A stretch of 63,769 bases of DNA, counting the filler, from Reticulomyxa filosa (Eukaryota > Protista > Foraminifera): the NCBI GenBank assembly GCA_000512085.1. It is 19 parts of 19 records of this genome, joined end to end, with 100 filler letters (N's around TTAATTAATTAA, not from the genome) between each part and the next. Parts side by side here need not be neighbours in the genome. Positions count along the whole stretch, not along the records: positions 62,133 to 63,769 come from ASPP01037973.1; 18 more parts are not named here. The stretch is one strand, 5' to 3'. The notes under the pieces were generated by a model. It did not search any database. It saw only the letters and a list, made by a program, of their open reading frames with translations, and was not told the origin of the DNA. Position numbers and translations under genes: made by a program. Shown here piece after piece: positions 63,521-63,769 of this stretch. Position 1 is the first letter of the stretch. Each line of letters starts with the position of its first letter.

Positions 63521-63769
63521 TATAATTATATTTTTTCAATTGCAAGCTTTTCAATATCTCCCACGAAAAAAATAAAACGTATCTACTCCAAATAAATGAA
63601 GCATACGTAATGTAAATTATGAAACAATCATTGTTGTACAGCGTCTCTTCATATTGTCCATTTTTGGGATGTCAAAAATAACACAAACTTTAAATATTCA
63701 ACCGATGTGGTATTGCATTTTCATCATTTAATGGATCATAATCGCCAATCATAACACGCACGAAACGGG

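Noticed and set aside
1-63769. rRNA, tRNA, CRISPR or prokaryotic defence systems
   Set aside because: None recognised by eye, and all identifiable genes are eukaryotic. A covariance-model scan was not possible.

Overview
This is not one locus. It is 19 short eukaryotic genomic fragments joined by 18 artificial 100-bp spacers (N44-TTAATTAATTAA-N44), so adjacency across a spacer means nothing. The DNA is AT-rich, intron-rich and full of microsatellites and decaying gene-family copies (Kelch-like/WD40, RING/TRAF-Zn/WD40, caspase-like). That profile suggests a foraminiferan such as Reticulomyxa, which is an inference and not a database result. Recognisable genes are condensin CAP-H, PP2A B56, GINS Psf1, ribosomal eS19 with a C-terminal extension, arginyl-tRNA synthetase, a DHA2-type MFS exporter, a dual-specificity phosphatase, a PLOD-type glycosyltransferase, and SPOC, WSC-like, gluconolactonase-like, ankyrin and CUE proteins. 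Mobile DNA comprises a Ty3/gypsy relic and three ends of a TA-CAGT (Tc1/mariner/pogo-like) element. The most interesting observations are: (1) an ArgRS with a PheRS-beta/Trbp111-type tRNA-binding OB fold inserted inside its catalytic domain; (2) many introns with a T-rich 5' half, an A-rich 3' half and no polypyrimidine tract; (3) an inverted pair of chimeric repeats that each carry a captured actin fragment; (4) a mosaic protein with PDZ-like, pseudo-nucleotidyltransferase, bacterial-like and two CUE domains. Exon boundaries were assigned by eye from GT-AG phase compatibility.
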